Made by a program: the position numbers and the translations under genes
Part shown: piece by piece, positions 59,528 through 64,000 of the stretch
Numbering within the stretch: position 1 is the stretch's first letter
How the letters are laid out: every line of letters starts with the position of its first letter
Assembly: GCA_963796235.1 (NCBI GenBank)
Contig: CAWCKX010000002.1
Coordinates: forward strand, 843,764-907,763
Source of the DNA: an uncultured cyanobacterium
Lineage (GTDB): Bacteria; Cyanobacteriota; Cyanobacteriia; Phormidesmidales; Phormidesmidaceae
DNA: 64,000 nt
Direction: 5' to 3'
Notes under the pieces: model-generated
What the model saw: the letters and a program-made list of their open reading frames with translations, nothing else
The model's database searches: none
Told to the model about the DNA's origin: nothing

Positions 59528-61024
59528 TTGGCAATGTCGGACACTTTCCAGCGGGCGTTGGCCCTGATTACAGTAGAGCAGATTTTTGAGGCACTGCCTT
59601 TGCTCGATCAGGTGATCGCAGCGCAGCCGGAACGGTCTGAGGCTTACGCACAGCGGGCCAAGATCAGGCGACGGCTAGGAAATGGGCAAGGGGCGATCGC
59701 TGACTACACCCAGGCTCTCAAGCTGACGCCAACCGCCGAGATCTATCTATCGCGGGCACTTGTCTGGCTGAGTTTGGAGCAGGTGAGAGGGGCGATCGCT
59801 GACAGCCGCGAGGCCATCAAGCTTAAGCCCGAACTCGCGGGCGGACATCGGCTGCTGGGTAAGGCGCTCGGATTATTAGGGGATGGGGCGAGTGCGATCG
59901 CAGCTTACAAGCAGGCGGCGCGGTGCTATTTGGCAGACAAAGATAAGGAGAACGCACAGGTTTGTTTGGATGCGATTAGGCCGTTGCGGACGTTGCCACC
60001 TTTGGTGGAGGAGCGGGGGAGTCAGGGAGAGGGGGAGCAGAGGAGCGCAGTGACACCTGAGGTGTTTATGGCGCGGGCGCGGGCGAACTATGAGAGGGGG
60101 GAGTATGCGCAGGCGATGAAAGATCTGAACTGGTTTTTGGATTTTCAGCCGACGCATGGACAGGCGCTGTGTTTGCGGGGGTTGATTCAGGCGCAGCTCG
60201 GTCGGCGAGAGCAGGCCGTGGCAGATTTGGCGCTGGCCCGTCAGCATTACCCTGACGATATTGAGGTGCGCTTTTGCCGGGGGCAGATGCGGCTGATCTT
60301 CAAAGACGGCTATGGCGCGGTAGAAGAGTTTTCGGCGCTGATTGAAGAAGCAGGACAAGCGGGTAAGCCAGAGGCTCGGTTTTTTGCACAGCGCGGGCAC
60401 GGCTACCGGGCAATTGAGGAGCCGGAGAAGGCGTTTAAAGACTACGCGAATGCAACGGCGATAGATACCGAAAATGCTGAACTGTATGAGCTGCGGGCGG
60501 AAATGCAGCAGGCGGTGGGAGGGATCGAGGGAGCGATCGCCGACTATCAGCAGGCTGCAACCTTATGGCTAAACCAGGGAAACTGGCAGAAGCATCAGAG
60601 CGTGGTGGAAGCGGTGCGGCGGCTGCGCAAACAGAACAAAACCAGCGAAAAGAACAACAAAGGCTCTGTTGTTCCGATCAAATCTTATAAGCACCACATG
60701 CCGGTTGTGGAAGTGCTGCTCGACGGCATTGCCAAGTTTGACATGGTGATTGACAGAAATGCGACTCACTCAATTGTCACGCAGCAAATGGCGAACCAAC
60801 TGAATCTGGAGATGGTGAGCTATCGCTACGTGTATTTGGCCGATGGCACGCCGATGGAGCTGTCGATTGGGCGGCTGCGCTCAGTCGTGGTTGGGCCGGT
60901 AATTGTGACCGATGTGTATGTAGCGATCGCCCCTGACCAATCAACTGCTCTGCTAGGGAAAGACTGCTTCAGTGCCTACAGCATACAAATTAGCGGCAAC
61001 GAAATGATATTCATTCGCCATTAA
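59528..61024 (+). CDS. TPR protein with C-terminal retropepsin-like aspartyl protease domain
   Basis: TPR units, then PVVEVLLDG...FDMVIDRNATHSIVT...LADG...ALLGKD. Confidence 0.8.
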   Translation: MAMSDTFQRALALITVEQIFEALPLLDQVIAAQPERSEAYAQRAKIRRRLGNGQGAIADYTQALKLTPTAEIYLSRALVWLSLEQVRGAIADSREAIKLKPELAGGHRLLGKALGLLGDGASAIAAYKQAARCYLADKDKENAQVCLDAIRPLRTLPPLVEERGSQGEGEQRSAVTPEVFMARARANYERGEYAQAMKDLNWFLDFQPTHGQALCLRGLIQAQLGRREQAVADLALARQHYPDDIEVRFCRGQMRLIFKDGYGAVEEFSALIEEAGQAGKPEARFFAQRGHGYRAIEEPEKAFKDYANATAIDTENAELYELRAEMQQAVGGIEGAIADYQQAATLWLNQGNWQKHQSVVEAVRRLRKQNKTSEKNNKGSVVPIKSYKHHMPVVEVLLDGIAKFDMVIDRNATHSIVTQQMANQLNLEMVSYRYVYLADGTPMELSIGRLRSVVVGPVIVTDVYVAIAPDQSTALLGKDCFSAYSIQISGNEMIFIRH

Positions 61025-61095
61025 GGCAGCGTCAGTAAAGTCAGGCATATCTCTTTTGGGGCAGCACGCCGGGAGGATTTTCTGGTAAAAAGCCC

Positions 61096-61848
61096 TTACT
61101 GCTCTTGCCGAACCAACAACTGCGTCTGGTTCACAATTGCCTGCTGGTGAGCCCGATCCCCACTGATATTATTCTTTCGACTATCCAGTTCACTCAAGGC
61201 TGACAGCCGGCCATACAAGACCAAAGTATCACCAGGATGGATCTCGGTATCACCCGTGGGCGCGCCCACATATCCTCCATCGAGACGGTGAATCCCCAGT
61301 ACCAGAATCCCTTCCTGACGAAGATGCATTTTACCCAAAGGTTTACTCGCAATCCAATCGCCAAAGTCAACTTGCATCTCGGTCACCGTATACTCTCCTG
61401 AGAGTCTGAGCAGGCTGGTATAATCGCGCACATCCAAATGAGTCCAACGCTGCAACGCCCACTGCACAGCTTGAGAAAGATAGCGGTTAAACCGTTGATT
61501 AATAGCAACCAGCCAGAGCAAGACAATGCCTGAGACTAGCAGGCCCAGCCGCAGCGACCAATCGCCAGCACCCTGGGTACTTACAAAAGTTAGGACAAGC
61601 GACGAAATAACCGTCACGATACCAGCATTGCCCAATAGCATAAGCCACATCAGGATGCGCCTGCGCACCGGATGCGACACAACTTGCTCAGACTCGCTGG
61701 TTGTAAACCCCGCCCCGGTAAAAGCAGAGCGTGCCTGAAATTGGGCCGACGCACGAGATAGCCCGGTCAGTGCTAATGCCTCTGCCGCAATCTGGGTAAT
61801 CAGCAAAGAGAGCGTGATAGCGATAAAAAGAGAAATCAGAGCTGCCAA
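61096..61848 (-). CDS. Membrane protein with TrkA-C (RCK C-terminal) domain
   Basis: ALTGLS...FQARSAFTGAGFTTSESE...HPVRRRI, and GILVLGIHR...IHPGDTLVLYG. Confidence 0.85.
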   Translation of the reverse strand: MAALISLFIAITLSLLITQIAAEALALTGLSRASAQFQARSAFTGAGFTTSESEQVVSHPVRRRILMWLMLLGNAGIVTVISSLVLTFVSTQGAGDWSLRLGLLVSGIVLLWLVAINQRFNRYLSQAVQWALQRWTHLDVRDYTSLLRLSGEYTVTEMQVDFGDWIASKPLGKMHLRQEGILVLGIHRLDGGYVGAPTGDTEIHPGDTLVLYGRLSALSELDSRKNNISGDRAHQQAIVNQTQLLVRQEQ

Positions 61849-61948
61849 GCGTCCCGTCCTCCCATATTAGTTTGGTAGATATAGCCCTAGTAGAACAGAT
61901 TTCTGCTGCAACAATAATCTATTCTGAATTGGGATGAACATGCCGTCA

Positions 61949-61964
61949 GTTCGGAAAACCTACC
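61949..61964 (+). promoter_or_regulatory. K-box / Rre1-like heat-shock element upstream of hsp20
   Basis: GTTCGGAAAACCTACC compared with the K-box consensus GTTCGG-NNAN-CCNNAC. Confidence 0.5.
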
Positions 61965-62108
61965 GAAAAAGTTCGCAAAGCTCTACTTCAAGACTCTTTA
62001 ACAAGTTGGCTATATTTGTGGCGTAGACATCAGCAAGGTCTCGCGAGGTCTACAGTAGTTCGATAGTTCTTTTCATTCAATTCGATTCTCTTTTAAGGAG
62101 GACAGATT

Positions 62109-62552
62109 ATGGCACTCGTACGTTTTCAACCACTGCGTGAGATAGACGAATTACAGCGAGAAATGAACCGTCTGTTCGATGGCGCGCTTCAGCCTTCAAA
62201 CCGGGGCAACGGAGTCGGTCTGAGCTTTTCTCCTGCGGCTGAGATGGAGGAAGCTGAAGATGGCTATCACCTCAAGATAGAAGTTCCAGGAATGGAGCCC
62301 GGTGACATCAACATCGAAGTAACGGCTGAAGCCGTGTCTATCAGCGGTGAACGCAAAACTGAGCGGAGATCTGAAGAAAATGGCATGGCCCGCACAGAAT
62401 TCCGCTATGGTAAGTTTCAGCGAGTCATTCCCCTACCCGGACGGATCGACAACCAGAACGTCGCTGCTGAGTACAAAAACGGTGTTCTTCACCTCACGCT
62501 GCCCAAAGCAGAAGAAGAGAAAAACAAAGTTGTCAAAGTAAGCGTCGGCTAA
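62109..62552 (+). CDS. hspA: Small heat-shock protein Hsp20
   Basis: MALVRFQPLREI...EFRYGKFQRVIPLP...AEYKNGVLHLTLPK, with an AAGGAGG RBS. Confidence 0.92.
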   Translation: MALVRFQPLREIDELQREMNRLFDGALQPSNRGNGVGLSFSPAAEMEEAEDGYHLKIEVPGMEPGDINIEVTAEAVSISGERKTERRSEENGMARTEFRYGKFQRVIPLPGRIDNQNVAAEYKNGVLHLTLPKAEEEKNKVVKVSVG

Positions 62553-62580
62553 GCGACCTCAGCTTCGTGAGATAGGGCAT

Positions 62581-62627
62581 AGCGGGTTCAGGAAGTATTT
62601 GCTATGTGCTCTGCGCTTGAACCCGCT
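62581..62627 (+). terminator. Stem-loop after hsp20
   Basis: AGCGGGTTCA...TGAACCCGCT. Confidence 0.5.
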
Positions 62628-62705
62628 CTCATAAAGAGACTGGTTGAACACGATGCACTTAAAAAGCTCGTTGCGTTCAAAAGTTTAGCTATTATCAGCA
62701 GGCTG

Positions 62706-62959
62706 CTCGATTGTCACGCAGCAGACGGCGAACCAATTGAACCTGGAGCTGGTGAGCTACCGGTATGTGTATCTGGCCGATGGGACACCGATGGAGCTGC
62801 CAATTGGGCGGCTGCGCTCAGTTGTGGTGGGGCCGGTCATTGTGACTGATGTGTATGTGGCAGTTGCCCCCGACAAATCAACTGCCCTCTCGGGAAAGAC
62901 GCTTCAGCGCTTACAGCGTGAGACCTAGTGGTGATGAAATCCTATGCGTTCGCCAGTAA
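62706..62959 (+). pseudogene. Decayed duplicate of the 3' end (60769-61024) of the TPR-aspartyl protease gene
   Basis: Aligns codon by codon with the intact copy, with mostly synonymous differences, two 1-bp deletions and no 5' part. Confidence 0.88.
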
Positions 62960-63031
62960 ACTTGGCAGTGGAGAGCGCTATCTTTGATAGAATAAAGGTA
63001 CCCTCTACAAGTTTCGCTGCGGAAACCTTTC

Positions 63032-64000
63032 ATGAGTACCTTTTTGAGCGTTGAGCAGTCTGTTGATAGGCTGAAGATTAGTCCGCAGCGGGTTAGGACA
63101 CTCTGTCGTAGTGGCGTCTTGGAAGCTGAGAAAGTTGGAAGCGCGTGGGTGATTCCAGGAAAAAAGGTACATCAGTATGGGTTAAAGACTTCACATATTG
63201 TTGCTGAAGATCGCTCTATTTATCGCTATGATAGACGTTCAGAATCTAGCCGAAATCCGATAGCGCTAAGTTTCTTCTCGGGCGCAATGGGATTAGACTT
63301 GGGGTTGGAGAAAGCTGGATTTGATATACGACTCGCGTGCGAAGTTGATAAGGTCTGTCGGCAAACAATCGCGCTCAATCGACCTGATACGGCTTTGCTC
63401 GGCGATATTAATGATTATCAAGCTAAAGATATTTTGAGTGCGGCTGGTTTGACCAAAGCAGACGATATTGATCTGGTCGTGGGCGGGCCGCCCTGTCAGG
63501 CGTTTAGCACAGCCGGTAAGCGCAAAGGGTTTCGCGATGATCGCGGCAATGTGTTTTTGAAGTATGTAGATTTAGCGATCGCGCTGAACCCAAAATTCAT
63601 CGTCATCGAAAACGTGAGAGGGTTACTGTCTTGCCCGCTAACTCATCGCCCTCATGACCAGCGAGGAGACGGGTTCCCCGACCTCGCTGAAGACGAGCTA
63701 AAAGGAGGCGCATTGAACTTCATTTTGAGCAAGCTGAAGCGGGCAAACTATTCGTACTCGTTTAACCTCTACAACTCTGCGAACTACGGTACGCCACAGG
63801 TAAGGGAGCGCGTAATCATTGTCTGTGCAAGAGATAGGGTGAAAATCCCCTACATTCCGCCTACGCACTCATCGCGTGAAGCGTTTGGACTGGCGCAGTG
63901 GAAAACGCTGAGAGAAGCGATTTCAGGACTTGAAGAACAAACGCACCTGAATTTCCCAGAGAAGCGGCTGAAGTACTACCGGCTGCTTAAGCCCGGACAA
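63032..64000 (+). CDS. DNA (cytosine-5)-methyltransferase with N-terminal HTH (truncated by the window end)
   Basis: Not in the track. MSTFLSVEQSVDRLKISPQRVRTLCRSGVLEAEKVGSAWVI (excisionase-like HTH), then LSFFSGAMGLDLG, GGPPCQAFS, IENVRG and QVRERV. Confidence 0.93.
   Translation, partial: MSTFLSVEQSVDRLKISPQRVRTLCRSGVLEAEKVGSAWVIPGKKVHQYGLKTSHIVAEDRSIYRYDRRSESSRNPIALSFFSGAMGLDLGLEKAGFDIRLACEVDKVCRQTIALNRPDTALLGDINDYQAKDILSAAGLTKADDIDLVVGGPPCQAFSTAGKRKGFRDDRGNVFLKYVDLAIALNPKFIVIENVRGLLSCPLTHRPHDQRGDGFPDLAEDELKGGALNFILSKLKRANYSYSFNLYNSANYGTPQVRERVIIVCARDRVKIPYIPPTHSSREAFGLAQWKTLREAISGLEEQTHLNFPEKRLKYYRLLKPGQ

Noticed and set aside
62706-62959. Duplicate segment as a DGR TR/VR pair with 60769-61024
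   Set aside because: The mismatches involve all four bases and are mostly synonymous, not adenine-specific, and the protein is not CLec or Ig-like.
1-64000. Frequent GCGATCGC octamer as a novel repeat
   Set aside because: This is the well-known cyanobacterial HIP1 sequence.

Overview
Chromosomal window from a cyanobacterium: it has frequent HIP1 octamers (GCGATCGC), psaM, raf1, crtD and a NarM-like gene, and looks like the Leptolyngbya/Phormidesmis group (inference). The left end (1-4161, minus strand) is an accessory cassette. A MNT-HEPN toxin-antitoxin pair is followed by a diversity-generating retroelement (DGR) made of an orthocaspase-CLec/FGE-sulfatase target gene with a C-terminal variable region, a GAA mini-hairpin, avd and a DGR reverse transcriptase that runs off the window edge. 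I did not find the template repeat in the window. The middle (about 4.3-59.5 kb) is mostly housekeeping: lipA, moaC, tRNA-Arg, rimP-nusA-ylxR-infB, recR (probable ATT start), raf1, tRNA-Ala, ggt, speA, ycf35 operon, ubiX, RNase R, phoU, psaM, ribBA, Ctp protease, ppgK, panC/cmk, rlpA, purM and crtD. At the right end, the 3' end of a TPR-aspartyl-protease gene is repeated as a decayed copy on the far side of a TrkA-C/hsp20 cassette, followed by an HTH-fused C5 cytosine methyltransferase. Three genes (DGR target, ggt, purM) each carry a single +1 frameshift that looks like an allele-collapse or sequencing artefact.
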